From positions 46,450-110,449 of the forward strand of contig JAXLST010000017.1 of NCBI GenBank assembly GCA_046330435.1: DNA of 64,000 nt, in the 5' to 3' direction. The translations under genes were made by a program, and so were the position numbers. This document shows, in pieces, positions 28,280-37,599 of this stretch. Origin of the DNA: Thermoleophilia bacterium (lineage in GTDB: Bacteria; Actinomycetota; Thermoleophilia; Miltoncostaeales; Miltoncostaeaceae). Under the pieces are notes generated by a model, which saw only the letters and a program-made list of their open reading frames with translations, had not been told where the DNA came from and searched no databases. Position 1 is the first letter of the stretch, and each line of letters starts with the position of its first letter.

Positions 28280-29074
28280 TCAGGCCGCCCCGTCCACACC
28301 GGTCACCTCGCCGCCGGTGAGGCGACGTTCCGAGCCGTCGGGAAGCACGACCCGCAGGGCGCCGTCCCCGGCCAGGCCCGCGGCGGTGCCGGTGACCTCG
28401 CCTCCCGGGGCCCCCACGGTCACCGGCCGGCCGGCGAGGGCGTCCATGTCCGCGAAGGCCGCCAGCACGCCGGCCTCGTCGCCCCCGTACCAGCCGGCGA
28501 TGCGCGCCGACAGCGCGGTGAGCAGCGAGGCCAGCAGCTCGGTGCGGGACACCGCCACGCCGGGGGCGTCGGCCACCGCCGCGGGCGTCCACCGCCCGCC
28601 GGTGAGCCGGGGCACGCCGGAGACGTTGATGCCGATGCCGACCACCGCCCAGTCGACGCGGTCGCGGTCCGCGGCGATCTCGCACAGGATGCCGCCGAGC
28701 TTGCGGTCCCCCAGCAGCAGGTCGTTGGGCCAGCAGATCCGCACCGGCACCCCGTGCGCGGCGAGGCCCTCGGCGGCCCCGACGGCGACGACGATGGGCA
28801 GCAGCCCCGCGTCCGCCGGGGCCATCGGGGGGCGCAGGAGCACCGAGAACAGCAGCGCCTCGCCGGCGCCGTCCTCCCACACCCGGCCGCGCCGGCCGCG
28901 CCCCGCGGTCTGGTGGTCGGCGCCCATCACGACGCCCTCGGGGTCGCCGCGGCGGGCGCGCGCGGCCAGCAGGTCGTTGGTCGAGGTCACCTCGTGCGCC
29001 CACAGCACCGGCCCCGACACCGGCGGGCGCAGGCGAGCGGCGACGGCCGCGGCGTCGACGGCGTCACCCGCCAT
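28280..29074 (-). CDS. birA: Biotin--[acetyl-CoA-carboxylase] ligase, group I (no N-terminal HTH)
   Basis: TSTND...QTAGRGRRGRVWE signature, KLGGIL. 264 aa. Confidence 0.9.
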   Translation of the reverse strand: MAGDAVDAAAVAARLRPPVSGPVLWAHEVTSTNDLLAARARRGDPEGVVMGADHQTAGRGRRGRVWEDGAGEALLFSVLLRPPMAPADAGLLPIVVAVGAAEGLAAHGVPVRICWPNDLLLGDRKLGGILCEIAADRDRVDWAVVGIGINVSGVPRLTGGRWTPAAVADAPGVAVSRTELLASLLTALSARIAGWYGGDEAGVLAAFADMDALAGRPVTVGAPGGEVTGTAAGLAGDGALRVVLPDGSERRLTGGEVTGVDGAA

Positions 29075-30697
29075 GGGTCACCTCCCCCGCGCTCACGGTG
29101 AGGGTCACCGGCAGCGCCGGCAGCTCGTCGGCGGGCAGTGTCACGGGGTCCGCGGCGAACCCGGTGAGGTCCGCACGCATGCCGGGGGCCACCCGGCCGC
29201 TCACGGCCTCCTCCCCCGCCACCCACGCGGCGGCGGCCGTGTACCCGGCCAGCGCCTCCTCCCCGGTCATCGCCTGGTCGGGACGGTACGGCGCGTCCCC
29301 GGAGCCGGGACGGCGCCGCAGCCGCGCCCACGCCATGCCCACGCGGGGATCGGCCGGGGTCACCGGCCAGTCGGATCCCAGCGCGACCACGGCGCCGGCG
29401 TCCATGAGGTCGCGCACCGGCCATCCGCGACCGGCCTGCCTGGCCCGAGGCGCCGCGACCAGTCGTCGTCCCCGCCCGGGCGCACGCCCTCGCAGTGCAG
29501 GGGCTGCATGCTGGCCGCCACGCCGTGCGCGGCGAACCGCGGCAGGTCGGCGGGGTCAAGGGTCTCGACGTGCTCCACGCGGTGCCGGGCGGTGCGGCCG
29601 GGCGTCGCGCGCGGCGGCGCCGCGGCGTACGCCGCAAGGGCGACTTCGATGGCCCGGTCGCCGATGGCGTGCGTGGTGCACCCCAGGCCGGCTGCCGCGC
29701 CCAGGGCCACGGCCCGCCGGTACCGCTCCGGGTCGGGCCAGAAGGGGTGGGTGCCCTCCCCGCGGGTGTCCGGGGCCTTGAGCCATGCGGTGCCGCTGCC
29801 CACCACGCCGTCCAGGAAGAACTTGAGCGCCCCGGTGCGCCAGCGTCCGCCGCCGGGCGCCGAGCCGCGCCGCACGGCGTCCTCCAGGGCGTCGTCGTCC
29901 ATCTCCGGCTTCACCCACACGTGCAGCAGGAGCCGCACGGGCAGCCGCCCGGACGCGTCCATCGCCGCGAGGTCGCCCGCGTCGTTGGGGTGGTCGTCCA
30001 TCACGTGGGCGCCCGTGATGCCCATGGCCGCCATGTCCCGCAGGGTGCGCAGGTAGCGCTCGCGCCGCTGCTCCGGGGTCTGCTGCGGGAAGGCGGTGCG
30101 CACCGCCTCCATCGCCGTGGGCTCGCGCAGCTCCCCGGTGGGCGTGCCGTCGGGGTCGCACACCACCTGGGAGGCATCCCCGAACGCGACGGCGCCGGTG
30201 ATGCCGGCGGCCGCCAGCGCGGCGCGCGTGGCGAGGGCGCCGTGGCCGTCGCGGAACGTGAGGAACGCCGGCCGGCCGCCGACGGCGTCCTCGATGGCCG
30301 CCGCCCGGGGCCCGTCGCCGAACCAGCCGCGGCGCAGGCCGTGGCCGATCACCCAGTCCCCTGGCCCCCGGTCCGCGGCGACCCTCGCGAGCTCGGCGCG
30401 GGCGTCCTCGAGGCTCCTGGCCGACGAGAGGTCGGCGTCCCGGGCCGCGCGCGACCCCCACAGGGGATGGCAGTGGGCGTCCACCAGGCCGGGCACCAGG
30501 TGGGTGCCGCGGGCGTCGACGACGCACGTCGCCGCGTCGCACGCGGCGCGGACCTCGGCGTCGTCACCCACGACGGCGAACACGCCGTCGCGGACGGCGA
30601 CCGCGGTGGCCCATGGACGGGCCGGGTCGCCGGTCCGGATCCGCGCGCCCACGACCGCCAGGTCGGCGGCCGTGCGGCGCGCGGGCACCCCGGTCAC
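29064..30697 (-). pseudogene. Amidohydrolase (Amidohydro_3/YtcJ-like), split by one frameshift
   Basis: The N-terminal 454-aa ORF (GLVDAHCHP, HAIGDRA, RVEHVE) and the C-terminal 117-aa ORF (RDLMDAGAVVALGSDWPV) are contiguous homologous parts. Frame switch at about 29425-29450. GTGA overlap with the bioY stop. Confidence 0.75.
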
Positions 30698-31293
30698 CCC
30701 TTGAAGCGCTCGACCGCCTTCCACGCCAGGGGCAGCAGCGCCCCGGCGAGGTAGAGCTTGAGGACCTCGCCCGGCACGAACGGGTAGAGGCCGGCCTCCA
30801 GGACGTCGGAGAGGCCGTTGGGCAGGCCGTTGTCACCGAGCCACCAGGCGAGCCAGGACAGGCCGACGGCGAAGATGATGACGTTGCCCGTGAGCATCGC
30901 GGAGACCGAGCTGCTGAAGCTCTGGTCCCACTTCCGCTCCGCGAGGAATCCGATGACCAGGCCGGCGACGATGAAGCCCAGCAGGTACCCGCCGGTGGCG
31001 CCCCTCACGATGTCCCAGCCGCTCGACTGGTCCGCGTAGACGGGCAGGCCGACGAGGCCGAGGAACAGGTAGGTGAGCATGCTCAGCGACCCGAGGACGG
31101 AGCCCAGGGACGCGGCGACCAGCAGCACGCCGAAGGTCTGCCCCGTGAGCGGGACGGGCGTGAACGGCAGGGGGATGGAGATCTGCGCGGTGAGCGCGAC
31201 GAAGAGCGCGCCGCCCAGCACGAGGAGCGCGCTGGTGGCGACGTTGACGCGCGGGAAGACCGCGCGCCGCAGGGTGGCGGTGGTGGCTGACAT
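30694..31293 (-). CDS. bioY: Biotin transporter BioY
   Basis: ISIPLPFTPVPLTGQTFGVLL...GGYLLGF. 199-aa polytopic protein. Confidence 0.88.
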   Translation of the reverse strand: MSATTATLRRAVFPRVNVATSALLVLGGALFVALTAQISIPLPFTPVPLTGQTFGVLLVAASLGSVLGSLSMLTYLFLGLVGLPVYADQSSGWDIVRGATGGYLLGFIVAGLVIGFLAERKWDQSFSSSVSAMLTGNVIIFAVGLSWLAWWLGDNGLPNGLSDVLEAGLYPFVPGEVLKLYLAGALLPLAWKAVERFKG

Positions 31294-31301
31294 GGCCGGG
31301 G

Positions 31302-31307
31302 ATGCTA
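31302..31307 (-). promoter_or_regulatory. Candidate -10 box (TAGCAT), leaderless bioY start
   Basis: TANNNT hexamer 8 nt upstream of ATG 31293, with no SD. Confidence 0.35.
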
Positions 31308-31343
31308 CAGCCCGGGCATGCCGCCGACCCGGGCCCGGCGCGG

Positions 31344-31442
31344 TCAGGTGAGGGCGGTGAACAGGGCGTCGCCCGCCCAGACGCCCACGAGCGCGGCCAG
31401 CGCGTAGACGCCGCCCAGGATGAGCCGGCCGCGCGCGCTCAT
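31344..31442 (-). CDS. Possible 32-aa single-TM micro-protein
   Basis: ATGA overlap with the stop of the SHOCT gene. MSARGRLILGGVYALAALVGVWAGDALFTALT. Too short for statistics. Confidence 0.35.
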   Translation of the reverse strand: MSARGRLILGGVYALAALVGVWAGDALFTALT

Positions 31443-32146
31443 GCGCCTCCTCCGCCCAGGATGCGGTCCTTGGCGGCCCGGTATTCGGCCGCGTCGAGCG
31501 CGCCCGACCGGTGCAGCTCCGCGAGCCGCTCGAGGGCCGCGACCATGTCGTCCGGATCGCCCGCCGCGGCGGCGGGAACCGGCGTGGCCATGGGCGCCGC
31601 ATGGGCCGCCCGGTTCGCCACGTCGATCATGCTCTCCACCTGGCGGCGCGTGACGCCGCCGGTGCCGGTGAACATCCGCGGACCGCGCTGGGCGGCGCCG
31701 GTGAGCCCGTCGCGCATCGGCTTCCACCCGAGGACCGCCAGCAGCGGGAGGCCGCCCATGAGCATGAAGATCACGCCCGGCACCAGCCAGCCCGCCACCA
31801 TCCCGGACCGGTCCGGCGGATTGAACCCGTAGTCCAGGAAGTTCCACCCCAGGGACAGGAACAGGGCCGGCCAGGCCAGCATCCACGGCCGGGGGCCGCC
31901 CTTCGGCGCGCAGACGACGTGCAGCCCAAGCCCGATGAGGCCCATGAAGATGCCGAGGGGCATCACCAGCCCCAGGCCGTCCGGGCACTCCTGCACCAGC
32001 GTGAGCGCGGTGTTCCCGCTGCCGCAGACGCCCCCGACGTCCATCACGGCCCGCATCCCGCGCCACACGATGGTGATGCCGGCCGCGATACCGGCGAACC
32101 CGATGACCGAGAGCGCAATACGTACGGATGACGGCGGAGCTGCCAT
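31439..32146 (-). CDS. Membrane protein with C-terminal SHOCT domain
   Basis: Four or five TM segments, then DMVAALERLAELHRSGALDAAEYRAAKDRIL (SHOCT-like). Confidence 0.7.
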   Translation of the reverse strand: MAAPPSSVRIALSVIGFAGIAAGITIVWRGMRAVMDVGGVCGSGNTALTLVQECPDGLGLVMPLGIFMGLIGLGLHVVCAPKGGPRPWMLAWPALFLSLGWNFLDYGFNPPDRSGMVAGWLVPGVIFMLMGGLPLLAVLGWKPMRDGLTGAAQRGPRMFTGTGGVTRRQVESMIDVANRAAHAAPMATPVPAAAAGDPDDMVAALERLAELHRSGALDAAEYRAAKDRILGGGGA

Positions 32147-32231
32147 GTGTTCTGATCTCACCACACGGTGCTGGACGGATCCCCCCGCATTCGTCGAGTT
32201 CCCGCCGTGTGCCGAGGTAAGGGGGCGGGCG

Positions 32232-32891
32232 ATGGGCGACGGCACGATCAACGTCATGGTGGTCGACGACCACCGGGTGCTGCGCACGGGACTCCGGCTC
32301 ATCCTGGACCGCAGCCCGGGTGTGCACTGCGTGGGCGAGGCCGCGACCGCGGAGGAGGGCCTGCGCGTGGCGGACCGGGAGCACCCGGACGTGGTGGTCA
32401 TGGACATGCGCATGCCGGGCATGGGCGGCCTGGCGGGCGTGCGGGAGCTGGTGCGGCGGCACCCCGGGACGCAGGTGGTGATGCTGTCGATGCACGGGTC
32501 CGGTGAGGACGTCCGGGAGGCGTTCAGCGCCGGCGCGATGGGCTACCTGCTCAAGACCGCCGCCGACGAGGAGCTGGTGGACGCCATCCGCTCGGTCCAC
32601 GCCGGTGAGCGGTACCTGCATCCGAGCCTGGGCGCGGCCCTGGCGCAGCCGCCGCCGCCGGACCCGCTGGACGGCCTCACCGACCGGGAGCGCGAGGTCC
32701 TGCAGCTGCTGGCCCTGGGGTACGGCAACCAGGAGATCGCCGGGCGGCTGCACCTCTCGCCGCGGACGGTCGAGACGCACCGGGCGAACATGATGAACAA
32801 GCTGCGGATCGCCTCGCGGGCCGACATCGTCCGCGTGGCGCTGGAGGCGGGGCTGCTGACCGCCGACGTCGCCGGGGCAGAGCACCACTGA
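32232..32891 (+). CDS. NarL/FixJ-family response regulator (REC + LuxR HTH); no cognate kinase adjacent
   Basis: VMVVDDH...VVVMDMRMPGMGG. LTDREREVLQLLALGYGNQEIAGRLHLSPRTVETH. Confidence 0.9.
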   Translation: MGDGTINVMVVDDHRVLRTGLRLILDRSPGVHCVGEAATAEEGLRVADREHPDVVVMDMRMPGMGGLAGVRELVRRHPGTQVVMLSMHGSGEDVREAFSAGAMGYLLKTAADEELVDAIRSVHAGERYLHPSLGAALAQPPPPDPLDGLTDREREVLQLLALGYGNQEIAGRLHLSPRTVETHRANMMNKLRIASRADIVRVALEAGLLTADVAGAEHH

Positions 32892-33373
32892 TGCGCGTGC
32901 GCACCGCCGCGGCGGCCCTCCTGGTGATGGTCGCCGCGGCGGCCGGCGGCTGCGGGAGCGACGGGTCCTCGGGGCCGGTCACGACCGCCGGGCCCGCCAC
33001 CAAGACCGACTGGGTGAACGCGGTGAACGCCGCATGCCGGAAGTTCGGCACGGAGAAGGCCAACCTGCGGGCCCTGGTCCCGAAGGGCCGCGACGACGTG
33101 CTGGACTGGCTGTCCCGGAGCTCGGCGCTGCTGGACCAGGAGGTCGCGGCCGTGCGGGCCATCCCCGCGCCGGACGACGCGCCCGACGGCGTGGAGCGTG
33201 GGCTCGCGGGGCTGGAGCGCGCGTCGAACCTCTTCCGGGAGGCCCACGCGAACATCACCGCGGGGCGCGACTGGAAGGCGGAGGTCGCGCGGGTGCTGCC
33301 CAAGCTGCAGGCGGCCGGCGCCCCCGCCGGCAAGGTCCTGGGGGACGCGGGCCTCATCGAGTGCGCCACCTGA
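32891..33373 (+). CDS. Putative lipoprotein
   Basis: Signal peptide with lipobox AAAGGC. TGATG overlap with the response-regulator stop. Confidence 0.65.
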   Translation: MRVRTAAAALLVMVAAAAGGCGSDGSSGPVTTAGPATKTDWVNAVNAACRKFGTEKANLRALVPKGRDDVLDWLSRSSALLDQEVAAVRAIPAPDDAPDGVERGLAGLERASNLFREAHANITAGRDWKAEVARVLPKLQAAGAPAGKVLGDAGLIECAT

Positions 33374-33431
33374 CCGGCGGAGCCGCGGCGGCCCACCCGG
33401 ACGGCGGGGGCGCCACGTCCTGAACCTGCCA

Positions 33432-33437
33432 TAGGCT
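33432..33437 (+). promoter_or_regulatory. Candidate -10 box (TAGGCT), leaderless start at GTG 33444
   Basis: TANNNT hexamer 6 nt upstream of the GTG. Confidence 0.35.
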
Positions 33438-33443
33438 GACGCC

Positions 33444-35126
33444 GTGCAGCGGACCCTCCCCGCAGTCCTCGCCGCGCTCCTGTGCGCCTCCGTGATCGCC
33501 GGGTGCGGCGGCCAGACCCCCGCACGCGACCCCGACCCACCGGGCCCCGTGCGCGTCGCGGCCCTCGCGGTGAACCCCGCCCGCCCGGCGATCGCGCCCG
33601 GCGAGTCCCTGCGGCTCATGGCCGTGACCCGCGCCACCGACGGCTCGGTCGCCGACGTCACCGCCGGCGGGCGCTGGCGCGTGACCGGGGCCGCGGTCCG
33701 CCTCACCGGGCCCGGGCGGCTGCGGGCGGTCGCGCCGGGAACCGCCGTGGTCGAGGTGCGCGCCGCGGGCCGCCGCGCCGCCGCGCGCGTCACCGTCGAC
33801 CCGCGCGCGTCCGGGGCGCTGGTGTTCACGCCCAGCCGGCCGTTCCCGCAGGACCCCCTGGGCCGCTCCATCGCGCTCGCAGGGAGCCACACCTGGACGA
33901 ACCTGATGGACAGCGGCACGACCGACCCGCCGCCGGCGTTCGACAAGGACCGCTACCTCGACACCCTCCAGGTGCACGGCCAGAACCTCACGCGGCTGTG
34001 GACCTGGGAGCAGGCGCGGTGGACCGCCGAGACGCGCGAGGACTACCACTTCTCCCCCACCGTGTTCGTGCGCACCGGCCCCGGCACCGGCGCCGACGGC
34101 GGCCTGCGCTTCGACCTGCAGCGCGTCAACCCGGCGTACCTGGCGCGGGTGCGCGAGCGCGTCCGGGCGGCGCGTGAGCGCGGGATCTGGACGGTGGTGA
34201 TGCTCTTCGACGGATGGAGCGTCGCCCCGAAGGTCTCCGACGACATGAACCCCTGGAGGGGCCACCCGCTGAACGCCGCCAACAACGTGAACGGCATCGA
34301 CGGCGACACCGACGGCAACGGTGACGGCACCGACACCCAGACCCTCGTGGACCCCGCCGTGACCGCCGTGCAGGAGCGGTACGTCCGGGCGGTCGTCGCC
34401 GAGCTCGCCGCCGAGCCGAACGTGATGTACGAGATCAGCAACGAGAGCGACGGGTCGTCGGTGGCCTGGCAGGAGCACATGGTCGGCGTCATCCGGGACG
34501 CCGAGCGCGACGGGCCGCTGCGGCACCCGGTGGGGATGACGTTCCCGTACCCGGGCGGGGACGACGACGTGCTGCTCACCGGGCCGGCCGACTGGGTGTC
34601 GCCCGGCGGCGACCCGTCCGACCCGCGGCCGGTCGGCGAGCGCCCGGTGATCATGGACACCGACCACCTGTGCGGGGTGTGCGGCGACGCGTCGTTCCCG
34701 TGGCGCGCGTTCACGCGCGGCAACAACCCGTTGTTCATGGACCTCTACGACGACACGGCCATCGGGCTGGGCGCGCTGGACGGGGACGGCACCGACCCGG
34801 AGTGGGAGCGCCTGCGCCGCGCGCTCGGGATCGTGCGGGAGGTCTCCGAGCAGGTGGACCTGTCCCGGATGCGCCCGGACGGGTCGTTCGCGTCGTCGGG
34901 CTTCGCCCTCACCACCGGCGGGGCGCGGCCCCAGGCCGTGGTGCTCGCCACCGGCGGCGACCGCGTGACCCTGGACCTGCGGGAGGCGACCGGCCGGTTC
35001 GCGGTGCGGTGGGTGCACCCGCGCAGCGGCGTCGTGCTTGCCCGCACCATCGCCAACGGCGGCGGGAAGGTGTCGCTCGACCCGCCCATCGACGCCGACG
35101 CGGTCTTGATTCTGGACCCCGCCTAG
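33444..35126 (+). CDS. Lipoprotein with Big_2-like Ig domain and a TIM-barrel glycoside-hydrolase-like domain (GH5/DUF4038-like)
   Basis: Lipobox VIAGC. Ig-like LAVNPARPAIAPGESLRLMAV. YEISNES (NE catalytic-type motif). C-terminal beta domain. Confidence 0.6.
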   Translation: MQRTLPAVLAALLCASVIAGCGGQTPARDPDPPGPVRVAALAVNPARPAIAPGESLRLMAVTRATDGSVADVTAGGRWRVTGAAVRLTGPGRLRAVAPGTAVVEVRAAGRRAAARVTVDPRASGALVFTPSRPFPQDPLGRSIALAGSHTWTNLMDSGTTDPPPAFDKDRYLDTLQVHGQNLTRLWTWEQARWTAETREDYHFSPTVFVRTGPGTGADGGLRFDLQRVNPAYLARVRERVRAARERGIWTVVMLFDGWSVAPKVSDDMNPWRGHPLNAANNVNGIDGDTDGNGDGTDTQTLVDPAVTAVQERYVRAVVAELAAEPNVMYEISNESDGSSVAWQEHMVGVIRDAERDGPLRHPVGMTFPYPGGDDDVLLTGPADWVSPGGDPSDPRPVGERPVIMDTDHLCGVCGDASFPWRAFTRGNNPLFMDLYDDTAIGLGALDGDGTDPEWERLRRALGIVREVSEQVDLSRMRPDGSFASSGFALTTGGARPQAVVLATGGDRVTLDLREATGRFAVRWVHPRSGVVLARTIANGGGKVSLDPPIDADAVLILDPA

Positions 35127-35140
35127 ATACCCTCCGGGGT

Positions 35141-35320
35141 ATGTGCAGACGAGTGACGTGCAAGCGGTGCGGCCGCCCGGACTGGCGCGGCTGCGGGGCC
35201 CATGTGGAGCAGGTGCTGGGCGACGTCCCCAAGAAGGAGCGGTGCCGGTGCCGCCAGGACGGGCCGCCGCCCGCCCCCGCGGGACGCGGCGGGCTGCTGG
35301 CACGCCTGCGCGGCCGCTGA
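35141..35320 (+). CDS. Small Cys-rich conserved hypothetical protein
   Basis: MCRRVTCKRCGRPDWRGCGAHVEQVLGDVPKKERCRC. I recognise this pattern from small actinobacterial proteins. Not verified by search. Confidence 0.6.
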   Translation: MCRRVTCKRCGRPDWRGCGAHVEQVLGDVPKKERCRCRQDGPPPAPAGRGGLLARLRGR

Positions 35321-35405
35321 GGGCGGCCGGCCGGCCCCGGCGCCGGCGCGCGGAGGCGATGGCGGCGCGGAACCACCCGTCGCATGCCCTTGCGTCAACC
35401 GGCGT

Positions 35406-35411
35406 TATCGT
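35406..35411 (+). promoter_or_regulatory. Candidate -10 box (TATCGT), leaderless start at ATG 35418
   Basis: TANNNT hexamer 6 nt upstream of the ATG. Confidence 0.35.
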
Positions 35412-35417
35412 CGGCGA

Positions 35418-36857
35418 ATGACCGACACCTCCGCCTCCATGGACGGGCTGCGGAAGGACCTCGCCAAGCTCGTCCGCCAGCTCCTCGACGAGCGCCCCGA
35501 GCGCCGCCGGGAGCGGCCGGTGAACCCGCTCGTGCGCGCCCACCTGGGCCTGGGCGACGGGGGCCCCACCCTGCCGGTGCTGTCCGACCGGTTCCCGTAC
35601 TACGACCTGCCCAACCTGCACCTCGCGCTGGAGCGCCTGCGCACCCGCGAGGGGTGGTCGGCCGACATCCTCGGCGTCGCGCACGAGGAGGGGATGTGGC
35701 CGCAGCCGACGATGGGCTCGCTGCTCTCCCATGACCGGTGGGAGGCCGGCCCCGAGCAGTTCGCGACGGCGAGCACCGGGCCGAGCGAGACCATGGCGTG
35801 CCGCACCTCGTCCCTGTTCCTCCTGCACTCGCCGGAGGGCCCGCTGGCGCTGCTGCTGATGCTCTCCGACGGGCATGGCGGGCCGCCGGACCTGATCCTC
35901 ACCGTCGCCTCGCCCGTGGACGGAGCCTGCGAGCGGCTCCTCGCGTGGATCCGGGAGACCATCGCCGAGGTGGACGTCTTCCGCGGCAAGGTCATCACCG
36001 TCGAGGCGAACCCCATGACGGACTCCAGCAGGGTCGCGTTCGTCGAGCGGCCCCGGATCGCGCCGCAGGAGCTGGTGCTGCCGGACGGGGTGCTCGAGCG
36101 CATCGAGCGGCACGTCATCGGCGCCAGCCGGCACCGTGAGGCCCTGCTCGCCTCCGGCCGCCATCTGGGCCGCGGGCTGCTGCTGTGGGGGCCGCCGGGG
36201 ACCGGGAAGACCCTCACGCTGCGCTATCTCACCGGGCGGCTGGACGGCACGACGGTGATCATCCTGTCCGGCAGCGCGCTGGGGATGGCCGCGTCGTTCG
36301 GCGCGCTCGCCCGCCGCCTGCAGCCGGCGGTGGTCATCCTGGAGGACGTCGACCTGGTGGCCCAGGAACGGGAGCACTGGGGCTCGGGCCCCATCCTGTT
36401 CGAGCTCATGAACGAGATGAGCGGGCAGGGCGGCGACGCGGACGTGGCGTTCGTGCTCACCACCAACCGGCCCGACGTGCTGGAGCCGGCCCTCGCCGCC
36501 CGCCCGGGGCGCGTGGACCTCGCCGTGGAGATCCCGCTTCCGGACGCCGCGGCCCGCGCGCGCCTCATCGAGCTCTACGGGCGGGGCATGGACCTGCGGC
36601 TCGACGACCCGGGCCGGGTGGTCGAGCGGACGGAGGGCGTGACGGCCTCGTTCATCCAGGAACTGCTGCGCAAGGCCCGCCTGTGGGCGGCGGAGGACGG
36701 CCGGGTGACCGTGACCCAGGCGGACGTGGACGGCGCGCTGGACGAACTGCTGCACGAGACCTCCGCGCTCACGCGCGTGATGCTGGGCGTGGGGGCGCAG
36801 GACGTCATGCGCCGCGCGTCGCGCGCATGGCTCGAGGAGTTCCCGGACGAGGAGTGA
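35418..36857 (+). CDS. AAA+ ATPase (single classic AAA module) with an uncharacterised N-terminal domain of about 230 aa
   Basis: Walker A LLWGPPGTGKT, Walker B VVILEDVD, TTNRPDVLEPALAARPGRVD (second region of homology). Confidence 0.85.
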   Translation: MTDTSASMDGLRKDLAKLVRQLLDERPERRRERPVNPLVRAHLGLGDGGPTLPVLSDRFPYYDLPNLHLALERLRTREGWSADILGVAHEEGMWPQPTMGSLLSHDRWEAGPEQFATASTGPSETMACRTSSLFLLHSPEGPLALLLMLSDGHGGPPDLILTVASPVDGACERLLAWIRETIAEVDVFRGKVITVEANPMTDSSRVAFVERPRIAPQELVLPDGVLERIERHVIGASRHREALLASGRHLGRGLLLWGPPGTGKTLTLRYLTGRLDGTTVIILSGSALGMAASFGALARRLQPAVVILEDVDLVAQEREHWGSGPILFELMNEMSGQGGDADVAFVLTTNRPDVLEPALAARPGRVDLAVEIPLPDAAARARLIELYGRGMDLRLDDPGRVVERTEGVTASFIQELLRKARLWAAEDGRVTVTQADVDGALDELLHETSALTRVMLGVGAQDVMRRASRAWLEEFPDEE

Positions 36858-36882
36858 CCGGGCCCCGTCGTGGGCGGCGGGC

Positions 36883-36888
36883 GATACT
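36883..36888 (+). promoter_or_regulatory. Candidate -10 box (GATACT), leaderless start at ATG 36896
   Basis: The hexamer lies 7 nt upstream of the ATG. Confidence 0.35.
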
Positions 36889-36895
36889 GCCGCCC

Positions 36896-37567
36896 ATGAC
36901 CGAGCCCACCATGGTCGAGGTGTTCCTCGACGTCTCCTGCCCCTGGTGCCACGGCGGCCAGATCACGGCGCGCCGCATCCTGGACGAGGTGGCCGCCGAC
37001 CCGTCGCTGCCGCGCACCGCGTACACGATGCGGTTCATCCGGCTGCACGACTTCGGCGACCCGGCGGGGTACCCCAGGGCGGAGATGATCCGGCGATGGG
37101 AGAGCCCGCCGGAGGAGGTGGCCGCCCACCTGGTGGAGCTGGAGGAGTTCGCCGCGTCGGTGGGCGTCCGCATCGACGACGACGCCTACGCGTACGTGTC
37201 CGACCCGTTCCACGCGCACCGGCTGCTGGCGATGGTGCGCGACGACCCGTCCACCGACGCGCCCGACCTGTGGAGCCTGTCCCGGGCGGTCTGGACCGGC
37301 AGGTACGTGCACGGCCTGCGCGCGGACGTGCACGCCGACCTGAGGAAGGCCGTCGCCCTCGCCGGCCTGCGGGTCCCGGAGCGCATCTGGGCGCGCATGG
37401 CGGACCCGGACGACCACCGGGAGCGGACCCTCGCCGACCACGCCCGGGCGCTGGAGGTGCACCTGGACGGCGTGCCGCGCCTGGTCGCGAACGGCCGCAT
37501 CGTCCCGTGCTGGCGGCCCATCGACGAGGTGCGGGCGGGCATCCGGGAGGCGCTGCTGGCCGCATGA
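36896..37567 (+). CDS. DsbA-family thioredoxin-fold oxidoreductase/isomerase
   Basis: VEVFLDVSCPWCHGG (CPWC active site) and GVPRLVANG near the C-terminus. Confidence 0.8.
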   Translation: MTEPTMVEVFLDVSCPWCHGGQITARRILDEVAADPSLPRTAYTMRFIRLHDFGDPAGYPRAEMIRRWESPPEEVAAHLVELEEFAASVGVRIDDDAYAYVSDPFHAHRLLAMVRDDPSTDAPDLWSLSRAVWTGRYVHGLRADVHADLRKAVALAGLRVPERIWARMADPDDHRERTLADHARALEVHLDGVPRLVANGRIVPCWRPIDEVRAGIREALLAA

Positions 37568-37576
37568 CGCCGGCGC

Positions 37577-37599
37577 CGGGACACGATCGGCGTGTCCCG
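37577..37599 (+). terminator. 9-bp perfect stem hairpin between the DsbA-like and sigma genes
   Basis: CGGGACACG-ATCGG-CGTGTCCCG. No U-tract. Could be a terminator or attenuator. Confidence 0.35.

Noticed and set aside
33354-36755. 1133-aa minus-strand ORF
   Set aside because: It lies antisense to the glycoside-hydrolase-like lipoprotein and AAA ATPase genes. Shadow-frame composition.
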